Shown piece after piece: positions 1 to 13,140 of a stretch of DNA of 64,000 bases; the stretch's first letter is position 1; every line of letters begins with the position of its first letter. The stretch comes from the human T2T-CHM13v2.0 reference genome, Homo sapiens. The stretch lies in NCBI RefSeq assembly GCF_009914755.1, contig NC_060926.1; one strand, given 5' to 3'. The position numbers and the translations under genes are program-made. The notes under the pieces are model-generated. The model saw only the letters and a list, made by a program, of their open reading frames with translations, made no database searches and was not told the origin of the DNA.

Positions 1-373
1 CATGGTGGCACATGCCTATAATACCAACACTTTTTGAGGCTGAGAAGGAGGGATCACTTGAGGCCAGGAGTTCAAGAGCAGCCTGGGTAACACAGCAAGA
101 CCCTTACTCTACAAAGAATGTTTTTTGTTTGTTAGTTAGTTCGTTCGTTCTTTCGTTCGTTCGTTCGTTCTTTCGTTTGTTCGTTCGTTCGTTCGTTTTA
201 ATTAGCTGGGTGTGGTGGCTTGTGCAAGTAATCCTAGGGATTCAGGAAGCTTAGGCAGGACATCCCTTGAGCCCAGGAGTTTGAGGTTCTGGTGAGCTAG
301 GATCACACTGCTGCACTTGAGCCTGTGCAACAGAGCAAGATCTTGTCTCTAAAAACAATAATAATAATAATAA
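1..373 (+). mobile_element. AluJ-type SINE (5' end cut by window edge) with (TTCG)n in place of the A-rich linker
   Basis: Left arm (ggatcacttgaggccaggagttcaag), right arm (ttgagcccaggagtttgagg...gcaacagagcaagatcttgtctct), (AAT)n tail. Confidence 0.9.
120..198. repeat. (TTCG)n/(TTTG)n microsatellite
   Basis: Directly visible ttcgttcgttctttcgttcg... Confidence 0.95.
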
Positions 374-484
374 TTGTATTGCTTCCATTTAATTATTTAT
401 TTAAGTGTTCTATCCTAAAATTGTGTGTGTGTTTACAGTGCTTTAATTATGAGTGCCCCCTCTGATCCTGTGCATTTATTTTTA

Positions 485-970
485 AAAAAACTTTTTATCC
501 TGAAATAATTATAGAAGGATATGAAAACATAGATCTCATATACTCTTCACACAGTTTATCCCAATGGTAACATCTTCCATAATTATGGTACCATGTCAAA
601 TCTAGGAAACTGACAGGTACAATTCACGCATCCTTATTCAGAATTTCACCCATTGTACTTGCACTCATTTGTGTATTCAGTTCTAGGCAATTTTATGATG
701 TTTAGATTTGTGTGATCCACCCTAACCCAGTTAAGATACAGAGCACTTCCATCACAAGGATTCTTCATGCCATCCTTTTATAGCCAAAGCCACCTCCTTC
801 CTTAACCCCGGCAACCACTAATGTGTTCTCTATCGCTATAATTTTATAACTTCAATGATGTTATATAAATGGAATTACACAATGTAATGTTTTGAGATTG
901 GCTTTCTTTACTTAATACAATTCCCTTGAGATCAATCCAACATGTGTGCACAACAACTTGTTCCTTTTTA
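485..970 (-). mobile_element. Old L1 3' end (L1MC-like)
   Basis: ccccggcaaccactaatgtgttctc...ttatataaatggaattacacaatg resembles the antisense L1MC 3'UTR. Confidence 0.7.
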
Positions 971-1179
971 TGGATTTGTTGTTTTGTTGTTTGTTTGTTT
1001 GGTTGTTTTTTTTTTACTTTATATCTGGGTATTTTATACAGAGATGTAACAGTGCCTAGCAACATTCCATCAAAATATGTAAATCAAAAATACAAAAAAC
1101 GGATGGAGAATTTGATGAAAATCGCAGTCTTAACCCAGAAAAAAAGATAGCAGATTTTTATATAAATATATTCTTTTTA

Positions 1180-1430
1180 AAAAATTGAAAATAATTGTAC
1201 ATATTTATTGGGTACAAAATATGTGATATTTTGACACATGCATATAACTATAATGACAAAATCAGGGAAATTAGGATATCTATGACCTCAACCATTGATC
1301 ACTTCTTTGTGTTGGGAACATTTCAAATCTTCCTTTCTGTTTTAAAATATACAATAAATTATTGTTAATTATAGCCACCCTACTATGTAATTGAACATTA
1401 AAACTTATTCCTTCGATCTAACTGTATTTT
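1180..1430 (-). mobile_element. L1MA 3'-terminal fragment
   Basis: ataattgtacatatttattgggtaca...ttctttgtgttgggaacatttcaaatc is typical of the antisense L1MA 3' end. Confidence 0.75.
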
Positions 1431-1459
1431 ATTTTAGTGCTGTGTCTTGAATCTGTTCA

Positions 1460-1807
1460 TTTATTTTGTAAAAATAAATTTTATAGCACGTATTTGAAGT
1501 TTACAACGTGATGTTATGGGATACATATAAAACATGGTTCCTGTAATAAAGAAGATTAACGTATCTATCATTTCACAGTTACTTTTTTTGTGTCTGAGAA
1601 GAGTACCCAAAATCTACTTTTTTAACAAAAATCCTGAATATAATACAATTTTATTAACTTTAGTCCTCATGTAATACACTACATCTCTGGACTTGTTCAT
1701 CTTACATATCTGCTATTTTGTGTCTTTTGACCTACACTTCCCCATTTCCTCTCCCCTCACCACTTCTGGTAACCACTATTTCATTTTCTGCCTCTGTGTA
1801 TTTGAGC

Positions 1808-1873
<66 letters not shown>

Positions 1874-3157
1874 TTCACATATAAGTAAAATCATGCAATA
1901 TTTTTCCTTCTGTGCCTGGCTTATTTCACTTAGCACAATATCCTCCAGGTCTATCCATGCTGTGGTAAATGGCAAAAACCTCTTCTTTTCAAGTCTGAAT
2001 AATATTCCATTGGGTGTGTGTGTGTGTATGTGTGTGTGTGTGTGTAAACACCACTTTTTTAATCCATTTGTCCATTGATGGACATTAAATTTGTTCTATA
2101 GCTTTCCTGGCTCTTGTGAATACTGCTGCAACGAAAATGGGAGTTCAGATCTCTTTACAAGGTGATGATTTTATCTCCTTTGGGTATGTATCCAGGAGTG
2201 GCATTGCTAGGTCATGTAGTACTATTTTTTAATTTCTTTAAGAATCTCCTTTCTCTTTTCCATACTAGCTGGAAATGTGTCAGTCTTCTGTATCAGTCTT
2301 CTCTCCCATCAACAATGAACTAAGGTCCTCTTTTCTCCACACCCTCATCTGTCATCTCTTGCCTTTTGATAGTAGCTGTCTTTACGGGTGTGAGGTGATA
2401 ACTCACAGTGGTTTTAGTTTGCATTTTCCTTATGATTAGTGATATTGAGCACCTTTGTATATACCTATTGGCCATTCTTATGCCTTCTTTGGAGAAATGT
2501 CTGTTCAGGTCTTTTGCTCACTTTTCAATTGGTTTATCTGCTTTTCTGCTATTGAGTTGCAAGAGTTCTTTATAAATTTTAGATCTTAACCTCTTAACAG
2601 ATATGTGGTTTGCAATTATTTTTTCGCAGTCCATAGGTTGCTTTTTTGTCAGTTGTTTACTTTGCTGTACAGAGGCTTTTTAGTTTAATGCTGTTCTATT
2701 TATTTATTTCTGTTTTTGTAGCCTGTGCTTTTGGTGTGATATCCAAAATAAATATTGCCAAGACCAATGTGAAATAGCTTTTCCCTTAGGTTCTCTTCTA
2801 GTTTTATGGTTTCATATCTTACATTTAAATCTTTTATTCATTTTAAGTTAATTTTTGTTTACAGAGTAAGGGTCCAATTTCATTTGTTTGCATGAAATTG
2901 TGGAAAGTTCTGTAGCGCTGTCTATTGGAGAGACTATTCTTTTCCCATTGTGTTATTTTGATGTCCTTGTCAAAATATAGTTGTCCATATATGTGTGAAT
3001 TTATTTCTGGGCTCTCTAAAATGTTCTATTGGTTTATATGTCTATTTTTATACTGGTACCATACTGTTTTGATTACTATAACTTTGTAACAAAATTTTAA
3101 ATTAGAAATTGAGTTGCCTCGAACTTTTTTTTCTGTCCAGGATTGCTTGGGCTATTC

Positions 3158-3200
<43 letters not shown>

Positions 3201-3670
3201 CCCTGTGGATTTTAGAATTGTTTTTTCTATTTCTGTGAAGAATGCTATTGGTATTTTGATAGCAGTTGTGTTAAATCTGTATATTCCTATGGGTTGTATG
3301 AATAGTTTAACAATATTATTTCTTCCAATTCATGAACACAGGATATCTTTCCAGTGATTTGTGTCTTGTTCAGTTTCTTTCTTTGGTGTTTTATTGTTTT
3401 TAGTGTAACAATCTTTCACTTCCTTGGTTAAATTTATTCCTAGGTATTTTTGTCTGATGCTATCATAAATGGAATTGTTTTCTTAATGTCTTTTTCAGCT
3501 AGATCATTATTTGTGTATAGAAGTGCTGATTTTTGATGTTGAGTTTCTATCCTGCAACCTTGTTGAAATTTATTTCTTAGTTCTAACAGGGTTTTTGTAG
3601 AGTTCTTGAGGTTTTCTATATATAGGATCACATCACCTGCAAATAGAGATAATTCTACTTTTCCCTTTTA
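1460..3670 (-). mobile_element. L1MA8/9-like LINE, 3' part (host of the L1PB); contains (TG)n tracts
   Basis: ORF2 remnants (3440-3631 MILYIENLKNSTKTLLEL; 1781-1975 TTAWIDLEDIVLSEISQAQKEKY); resumes at ~10459. Confidence 0.85.
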
Positions 3671-4066
3671 TTTTTTACTTTTTAAATTTAAATTATTCTA
3701 TTTTATTTTTTCATAAGTTTTTGGGGTACAGGTGGTATTTGGTTACATGAGTAGGTTCTTTAGTGGTGATTTGTGAGATTTTGGTGCACCCACCACTCGA
3801 GCAGTATACACTGCACCATATTTGTAGACTACTTTTATCTCTCACCCCCCTCCCACTCTTCCCAAGTCCCCAAAGTACACTGTATTATGCTTATGCCTTT
3901 GCACCCTCATAGCTTAGCTCCCACATATCAGTGAGAAGATACTATCTTTGGTTTTCCATTCCTAAGTTACTTCGCTTAGAATAATAGTTTCCAATCTCAT
4001 CCAGGTCATTGTAAATGCTGTTAATTCATTCCCTTTTATGGCTGAGTAGTATTCCATTGTATATAT

Positions 4067-4197
4067 ATTTCCCTTGAAAACCCTAAGGACTCCTCCAGAA
4101 AGCTCCTAGAACTGATAAATAATTCAGCAAAATTTCCAGGTACATGATTAAAGTACAAAAATCAGTAGCTCTTCTACACACCAACAGCGACCAAGCA
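4067..4197 (+). repeat. 131-bp inverted copy of 5744-5874 inserted in a (TA)n tract
   Basis: Manual alignment to the reverse complement of 5744-5874 gives 129/131 identity. Confidence 0.95.
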
Positions 4198-4277
4198 TAT
4201 ATGTGTATATATATATACATATACACACACTATATGTTATATGTTTTATATATATATATATACACACTATATGTTAT

Positions 4278-4333
<56 letters not shown>
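4198..4333. repeat. (TA)n compound microsatellite with an internal duplicated unit (tacacactatatgttatatgtttta)
   Basis: Directly visible. Confidence 0.95.
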
Positions 4334-4338
<5 letters not shown>

Positions 4339-7300
4339 GTTTCTCTGTTCACTTGTTAAGTGATGAGCATTTGGGTTGGTTCCACGATTTTTGCAGTTGT
4401 GAATTATGCTGCTAAACATGCGTGTGGAAGTATCTTTTTCGAATAATGACTTCTTTTCCTCTGGATAGATACCCAGTACTAGGATTGCTGGAACAAATGG
4501 TAGTTCTACTTTTAGTTCTTTAAGGAATCTCCACACTATTTTCCATAGTGGCTGTACTAGCTTACATTCCAACCAGCACTGTAGAAGTGTTCCCCAATAG
4601 TTGCATCCACACCAACATCTACTGTTATTTTTTATTTTTATTTTTTAATTATGGCCATTCTTGGAATAAGGTGGTATTGCATTGTGGTTTTGATTTGCAT
4701 TTTCGTGATCATTAGAGATGTTGAGCATTTTTTCATGTTTGTTGGCTATTTGTATATCTTCTTTTGAGAACTGTCTATTCATGTCCTTGGCCCACTTTTT
4801 GGTGGGATTTTTTTTCCCTTACTGATTTGTTTGAGTTCATTGTAGATTCTGGATATTAGTTCTTTGTCAGATGTATAGATTGTGAAGATTTTCTCCCTCT
4901 CTATGGGTTGTCTGTTTACTTTGCTGACTGTTCCCCTTGCCGTGCAAAAGCTCTTTAGTTTCATTAAGTCCCAGCTATTTATCTTTGTTTTTATTGCATT
5001 TGCTTTTGGGTTCTTGGTCATGAAATCCTTGTCTAAGCCAATGTCTAGAAGGGTTTTTCCAATGTTATCTTCTAGAATTTTTATAGTTTCAGGTCTTAGG
5101 TTTAAGTCCTTAATCCATCTTCAGTTGATTTTTGTATAAGATGAGAGATGAGGATCCAGTTTCATTCCCCTACGTGTGGCTAGCCAATTATCCCAGCACC
5201 ATTTGTTGAAAAGGGTGTTCTTCCCACTTTATGTTTTTGTTTGCTTTGCAAAGATCGTGGGCTGTAAGTATTTGGGTTTATTTCTGGGTTCTCTATTCCA
5301 CTACACTGGCCTATGTGCCTATTTTTATACCAGTACCATACTGTTGTGGTGGCTATGGCCTTATAGTTTAGTTTGAAATCAGGTAGTGTGATGCCTCCAG
5401 ATTTTTTCTTTTTGCTTAGTCTTGCTTTGGATAAGTGGGCTCTTTTTTGGTTCTGTATTAATGTTATAATTGTTTTTTATAACTCTGAAGAATGATCGTG
5501 GCATTTTGATGGGGATTGCACTGAATTTGTAGATTTTGCTGTGTGGTCATTTTCACAATATTGATTCTACCCATCCATGAGCATAAGAGGTGTTTCCATT
5601 TGTTTGTGTCATCTATGATTGCTTTCAGCGTGTTTTGTAGTTTTCTTGAGGAGGTTTTTCAACTCCTTTCTTAGGTGTATTCCTAAGTTTGTTTGTTTGT
5701 TTGCAGCTATTGTAAAAATGGTTGAGTTATTGATTTGATTCTCTGCTTGGTCGCTGTTGGTGTATAGAAGAGCTACTGATTTGTGTACTTTAATCATGTA
5801 CCTGGAAATTTTGCTGAATTATTTATCAGTTCTAGGAGCTTTCTGGAGGAGTCCTTAGGGTTTTCAAGGGAAATGATCATATCATCAGCAAACTGGGACA
5901 ATTTGACTTCCTCCTTACCAATTTGGATACCCTTTATTTCTTTCTCCTGTCTGATTGCTCTGACTAGGACTTCCAGTACTATGTTGAAGAGCAGTGGTGA
6001 GAGTGAGCATCCTTGTCTTGTTCCCATTTTCAGAGGGAATGCTTTCAACTTTTCCCATTCAGTATTATGTTAGCTGTGGGTTTGTCATAGATGGCTTTTA
6101 CTATGTTAAGATATGCCCCTTGTATGCCAATTTTGCTGAGGGCTTTGTTCATAAAGGGATGCTGGATTTTGTTGAATGCTTTTTCTGCATCTATTGAGAT
6201 GATCATGTGATTTTTGTTTTTAATTCTGCTTATGTGGTGTATCACATTTATTGACTTGCACATATTAAACCATCCCTGCATCCCTGGTATGAAACCCACT
6301 TGATCCATGGTGGTTTACCTTATATGTTGTTGGATTTGGTTAGCAAGTATTTTGTTAAGGATTTTAGCATCTATGTTCATCAAGGGTATCAGTCTGTAGT
6401 TTTCTTTTTTGTTTGTGTCCTTTCCTGGTTTGATATTAGGCTGATGCTGGCTTCATAGAATGAATTAGGGAGGGTTCCTTCTTTCTCTTTCTTGTGGAAT
6501 AGTGTCAAAAGGATTGGTACCAATTCTTTGAATGTCTGGTAGAAGTCTGCTGTGAATCTGTCTGGCCCTGGACTTTTTTTGTTGGTAATTTTTAAATTAC
6601 CATTTTAATCTCACTGCATGTTGTTTGTCTATTCAGGGTATCTAATTCTTCCCGATTTAAGCTAGGAGGGTTGTATTTTTCCAGGAATTTATTCATCTCT
6701 TCTAGGTTTTCTAGTTTATGTGCATAAAGGCATTCACAGTAGCCTTGAATAATCTTTCATATTTCAGTAGTGTCAGTTGTAACATCTCCTGTTTCGTTTC
6801 TTAGTGAGGTTATTTGGATTTTCTCTCTTCTTTTCTTGTTAATCTTGCTAACAGTCTATCAGTTTTATTTATCCTTTGAATTGTTTTTTTAGTTTCAATT
6901 TCATTTAGTTCTCCTCTGATTTTGGTTATTTCCTTTCTTCTGCTGGGTTTGAGATTGGTTTGTTCCTGTTCCTCTAGTTCCTTGAGGTGTTAGCATAGAT
7001 TGTTTCTGCTCTTTCAGATTTTTTGATGTAGGTGTTTAAGGGTATGAGCTTTCCTCTTAGTGCCGCCTTAGCTGTATCCCACAGGTTTGGATAGGTTGTG
7101 TCATCCTTGTCATTCAGTTCAAAGAAATTTTTTAATTTCCATCTTGATTTCATTTTTTACCCAATGCTCATTCAGGAGCAGGTTATTTAATTTCCATGTA
7201 TTTGTGTGGTGTTGAAGGTTCCTTTTGGAGTTAATTTCTAGTTTTATTACACTGTGGTCTGACAGAAAGCTTGATATAATTTCAGTTTTCTTAAATTTAT

Positions 7301-10300
7301 TGTGGCTTGTTTTATGGCCTATTATATGGTCTATCTCAGAGAAAGTTCCATCCACTGTTGAATAGAATCTGTATTCTGCAGTTGTTGGATGAAATGTTCT
7401 GTATAAATCTGTTAAGTCCATTTGTTTCAAGTATAGTTTAAATCCATTCTTTCTTTGTTGACTTTCTGTCTTGATGACCTTCTGTCTTGATGACCTCTTT
7501 AGTGCTGTCAGTGGAGTATTTGAAGTATCCCACTATTACTGTGTTGCTGTCTATCTCATTTCTTAGGTCTATTAGTAATTGTTTTATAAATTTGGGAGCT
7601 CCAGGGTTAGGTGCCCATATGTTTAGGATTGTGATTTTTTTTTGTTGTTAGACGCGGCCTTTTACCATTATATAACATCCCTCTTTTCTCTTTTAACCAC
7701 TGTTGCTTTAAAATTGGTTTTGTCTGATATAAGAATAGCTACCCCTGCTGGCTTTTGGTGTCCATTTGCATGAAATGCCGTTTTCCACCCCTTCACTTTA
7801 AGTTTACCTGAGCCCTTATGTGTTAGGTGAGTCTCCTGAAGGCAGCAGATGGTTGGTGAGTGCTTATCCATTCTGTGGTTCTGTATTTTTTAAGTGGAGC
7901 ATTTAGGCCATTTATATTCAACGTTAGTATTGAAATGTGAAGTACCCTTGCATTCATCATGCTCTTTATTGCCTGTGTACCTTGTTTTTTTTTAAGTTTC
8001 TTGTTTTTGCTTTTTAACTTGTATTTTTGTTTTATAAGTCCTGTGTGATTTATGCTTTAAAGAGATTCTGTTTTGATGTGTTTCCAGGATTTGTTTCAAG
8101 ATTTTGATCTCCTTTTAGCAGTTCTTGTAGTGGTGGCTTGGTAATTGTGAATTCTCTCAGCATTTGTTTGTCTGAAAATGACTGTATCTTTCTTTTGTAT
8201 ATGATGCTTATTTTCACTCGATACAAAATTCTTGGCTGATAATTGTTTTGTGTGAGGAGGCTGAAGATAGGGCCCCAATCCCTTCTCACTTATAGGGTTA
8301 ATGCTGAGACGTCTGCTGTTAATCTGATAGGTTTTCCTTTATAGGTTACCTGATGCTCTTACAATTTTTTCCTTCATCTTAACTTTGGATAACCTGATGA
8401 CAATGTACCTAGGTGAAGATCTTGTTGCAATGAATTTCCCAGGTGTTCTTTGTGCTTCTTGTATTTGAATGTCAGGTCTCTAGCAAGGCCAGGGAAGTTT
8501 TAAAGTTTTCCTTGATTATTCCCCCAAATATGTTCTCCAAGATTTTAGAATTGCCCTCTTCCTCAGGAACACCGATTATTCTTAGGTTTGGTCGTTTAAC
8601 ATAATCCCAGACTACTTGGAGGGTATGGTCATATTTTCTTAGTCTTTGTTGGAGTGGGTTAATTCAAAGACCTTGTCTTCGAGCTCTTTATTTCTTTCTT
8701 CTACTTGTTCAATTCTATTGCTGAGACTTTCCAGAGCATTTCACATTTCTTAAAGTGTTTCCAAAGTTTCCCAAATTTTTTATTGCTTTTTCTTTAAGCT
8801 ATCTATTTCCTTGACTATTTTTCCCTTCACTTCTTGTCTCTTTTTTTTATTTCCTTGCATTGGGCTTTGCCTTTCTCTGGTCCCTCCCTGATTAGCTTAA
8901 TAACTAACTTCCTGAATTCTTTTTCAGGTAAATCAGGGATTTCTTCTTGGTTTGGATCCATTGCTGGTGAAGTAGTGTGATTTTTGGGGGGTATTGACGA
9001 GCTTGTTTTGTCATATTACCAGGGTTGGTGTTCTGGTTCCTTCTCATTTGGGTAGGCTCTGTCAGAAGGAAGGTCTATGGCTGAAGGCTGTTGTCCAGAT
9101 TTTTTTTGTCCCACGGGGTGTTCCCTTGATGTAGTACTCTCCCTTTTTTTCTGTGGATGTGGCCTCCTGTGAGCCGAACTGCAGTGATTGTTGTCTCTTT
9201 TCTCTCTTCTGGGTCTAACCACCCAGCAAGTCTACCCAGCTCTGGACTGGTACTGGGGGTTGTCTGCACAAAGTCCTGTGATGTGAACTGTTTATGGGTC
9301 TCTCAGCTGTGGATACCAGCGCCTCTTCCAGTGGAGTTGGCAGAGGGTGCAATGGACTCCATGAGTGTCCTTAGCTTTGGTGGTTTAATGCTCTATTTTT
9401 GTGCTGGTTGGCCTCCTGCCAGGAGATGGCGCTTTTCATAAAGGATCAGCTGTAGCAGTGTGGAGAGGGACTGGTGGTGGGCATGGCTCTAGAACTCCCA
9501 AGATTATATGCCCTTTGTCTTCCAGTACCAGGGTGGGAAGGGAAGGACTATCAGGTGGTGGTGGTGCTAGGTGTGTCTGAGCTCAGACCCTCCTTGGGCG
9601 GGTCTTGCTGGAGTTGCTGTGGGGGATGGGGGTGGGATTCCCAGGTTACTGGAGTTGTGTACCTAGGAGGATTATGGCTGTCTCTGCTGAGTCATGCAGG
9701 TTGTCAGGGAAGTGGGGGAAAGCTGAAAGTCACAGGCCTCACCCAGCTCCCACACAAACCGAAGGGCCAGTCTCACTCCCACGGTGCACTCCCCCGTCCG
9801 CCCGCCGGCCGCCCTGCCAACAGCCCCAAGTCTGTTTCCAGGAAGAGCCTCCCAGCTGTGAAAGAAAAGAACTTTAGTTCTTTCCCAACCTGAGAAGTCT
9901 GCAAGCTGGATTTGCGCCCTCCCCCGAGTTCTGGTCAGGAGGCTTCTCACCCTGTTCACCCTGTTCAAGTTGTTACAAAGTTCAGCTAGAGAATTCTTCT
10001 CCCTGTGGAGTTTTACCCCCTGCGACTCTGGCCACTCACCTGATGGATCCCTGTGGTTCCAGGCAGGAATGGGCTGCTTGGGGTCCCAGCAAACTCCCAG
10101 GGCCTTTCTGCTTCTTCCTCTACCCCTGTATTTCACTTGACTCAGCTCTCTAACTTGACTCAGCTCCAGGTAAAGTTGGAAACTTCTGCAAACAGACCTT
10201 CAGCTTCTCCAGTGGGGGTGCGTGTTTGAGAGAGGAGGGTCTCCCTTTCCCACTTCCACAGTTGGGGCACTCTCAGTATTTGGCATGTCTCTTGGGTCCT

Positions 10301-10458
10301 GCAGGAGCAGTCTGCTTCCTTCACAGAGACTGTGGATCCTCTCAGGATTGCTTGTTTGTTCTTGCAGTTGTTCTGGAGCTAAAATTCACAACGCAAACCT
10401 CCACATGCTGCTCTGTCTGGAGCTGCAATCTAATCCTGCTTCCCATCTGCCTTGATCC

Positions 10459-10875
10459 TGCAAAAAAGGAATACTACTTTTTCCTTTTCAATTTGGATGC
10501 CTTTTATTTCTTTTTCTTGTCTGATTGGTGGAAAAGTTTTCAGTTTTTCACTGTTGATTATGATGTTAGCTGTGAGTTTTTCATAAATGGCTTTTATTAT
10601 GTCAAGAAACTTTCCTTCTACACGTAAACAGTCAAGAGTTGTTATCGAGAAACAATGTTGAACCTTGTCAAATGCTTTCTCTGTGTCAAATGAGATGATT
10701 ATGTGGTTCTTATCTTTCATTCTGTTAAAGGGATGTGTCACACTGATTGATCTGCATATGTTAAATCAGCTTTGCATGCCAGGGATAAATCCAACTTGGT
10801 CATGATGTGTAATCTTTTTGATGTGTTGTTGAATTTGGTTTGCTAATATTTTATTGAAGATTTTTGTATCAATGC
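10459..10875 (-). mobile_element. Continuation of the host L1MA (ORF2 RT region)
   Basis: [21 protein letters not shown]; [28 protein letters not shown]. Confidence 0.85.
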
Positions 10876-11246
10876 TCCATGATAGCCTGTTATGCGACCA
10901 CTTAACAGGGTGCATTAGAACTATAGTAGTGGTCCAGGAGTCATTTTCACAAGTTATTTTTTGGTAAAAGAAGATAAAGATAAATGTGTAAGATATGATC
11001 CAAATAATAGAAAATGCTGACAAAAAAACCAATACTATATATGTGAGTGATGTATGTGTCTCTATTTATATTTACATATGAGCATAAAAAGGACACATAA
11101 CACATACCAATTTATTAACCTAGGTTACCCGCAGAAGGGCTGGGGCTGAGTATAGGGGCCGTTGTAAGCAGAGGGTTGAAGAGGAGAGGGGTAAGCCAAG
11201 CAAAATGGGGACTGTTCTAAAAATATGTAAAAAATGGTGATATATA

Positions 11247-11610
<364 letters not shown>

Positions 11611-11699
11611 ATATATATAGTGATATGCATGTAAAATTGTGAGTGTATATACAAATAAATTTGTAATAAAAATTTCTAAAATAGAAAAGTGTAGGAGTA

Positions 11700-12045
11700 T
11701 GCACAAGTGGGAGAGATAACATTTGAACTGGCTGAATCACTGCAGTGTTGTGATGAACATATTGGTTTGAACGTATTGAAACCAGTCTGGTGGCAAGACC
11801 TGGAACTCTCCTCTTGGCCCCGTTCTCATTATCTTGGTCATAATAGGGGAAAGATGTGGAAATCATGTTGATTACACTTGCAGGTAAAAGAAAGAAAGAT
11901 GGGATAACTTTTTATGTTTGAAAACAGAAATAAAATGTAAAACAAGCCAGAAGATTTAGCCCAAAGCTATTAAGTGAACATTAATCAAGATAAAGTTCTG
12001 TCTCTAGTTTTAAATACATCCATTTACCTAAACTATTTGTGTGGG
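11700..12045 (+). mobile_element. L3/CR1 LINE RT-region relic
   Basis: ctggtggcaagacctggaactctcctcttggccccgttctc...aatcatgttgattacacttgcagg...gggataac resembles recalled L3 consensus. Confidence 0.6.
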
Positions 12046-12259
12046 AATGATCAGTTTCTTGTGCGTAAGTTCCATTAAGTCACTGGCTTTGTCTTATTTA
12101 TCTTTAAGCCCTGACTACCCACTACCCAGCACAGTGCCTGGCCCATAATCTATTCTGGACAGAGACCAGAGAGGATCTGATGGGATGGTAGAAGGTGATG
12201 AGATGGAACACAAAAGCAGTGTGTACAAAGAGAAGGAAGGACAAACCCGAGGGGCACCA

Positions 12260-12395
12260 TGATGCCAGATTCTATGCCAGGGGTACCTTGAACTCCTGAG
12301 AACCCTGGGATGTAGGTGATATTAGATCTACTTTGCAGATGAAGAAACTAGGGGTAAAACTGGATTTGAACCCCAGGTTTGCTCGACTTCAAATT
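12260..12395 (-). mobile_element. MIR fragment
   Basis: ctttgcagatgaagaaactagggg...ggatttgaaccccaggtttgctcgacttcaaa. Confidence 0.7.
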
Positions 12396-13121
12396 TTCCC
12401 CCAGGAAACTGGTAGGACAGCAAGTATTATTTTAGATCATAGACACTTAGAGCTGGGAAATCCCAGGCGCCAGAAGCCAGGGTGGGCTGGGGCCCGGCAG
12501 CGGAGCTCTGGGCACACTCCAGCTGTCACTTTCAACCACAGCAGCTTTGCTTCATTCTTTTTTCCTTGTTCTTTGTAAGATTCTTTTTTCTTTGTAAGAT
12601 TTCATTTGAATAAAGAATTCCCTGGCTGAAAAGAAGAAGCTTAAAATCATTATGTATGTCATCCATCCTGCCTCAGTCTTCATTATAGAAATAAGAAAGA
12701 TAAGGTCCAGAGAAGGGATTGATACACATGGTCCAGCTAGGGCTGGCCCCAGAACACCACCAGACTGGGCTTCTCCTGATACCTGAGCCCCTGGCCTGGA
12801 GTTTTCCTAGAGAGGTTGTTGTCAGGGGAAAGCCCCCACAAAGCTGCTGCCTCTCCACTCCTCAGCCAGGCTTGCCCAGTGCCTCACTCCCACAGGCCAT
12901 CAGTCTTCTTTTCTTGGTCGTCCTTTTGGGGAGGGCCAAGAGCTTGAAGGGAGCCTCTCGGGCCTGTCAATCTTTCTTCAAGTGCATCTGCTTTTCCAGA
13001 GGACAGCGCTACCCCCAGATGCTTAAAAGCCCATTTGGGACCCCCTGATGGATGCCTGAAGCTGCCCCACACCGGGAAGCCGGTGAGTTGCTTGCTTGGT
13101 TGGGTTCCGCCTGCATTCGCT

Positions 13122-13140
13122 TGACTCAGCAATGCTGACT
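13122..13140. promoter_or_regulatory. Candidate ARE/MARE (CNC-sMAF/AP-1) motif TGACTCAGCA followed by TGCTGAC
   Basis: Motif match only (ttgactcagcaatgctgact) in non-repetitive DNA; no functional evidence. Confidence 0.3.

Larger units (their letters stand above)
3690..10458 (-). mobile_element. Full-length L1PB (L1PB1-like) LINE-1, ORF1/ORF2 disrupted
   Basis: 3'UTR ggggtacaggtggtatttggttacatgag; ORF2 EN/RT remnants ([48 protein letters not shown]); ORF1 remnant (RRDWGPIF...YQPRILY); 5'UTR ending ...ctgcaatctaatcctgcttcccatctgccttgatcc. Confidence 0.92.
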
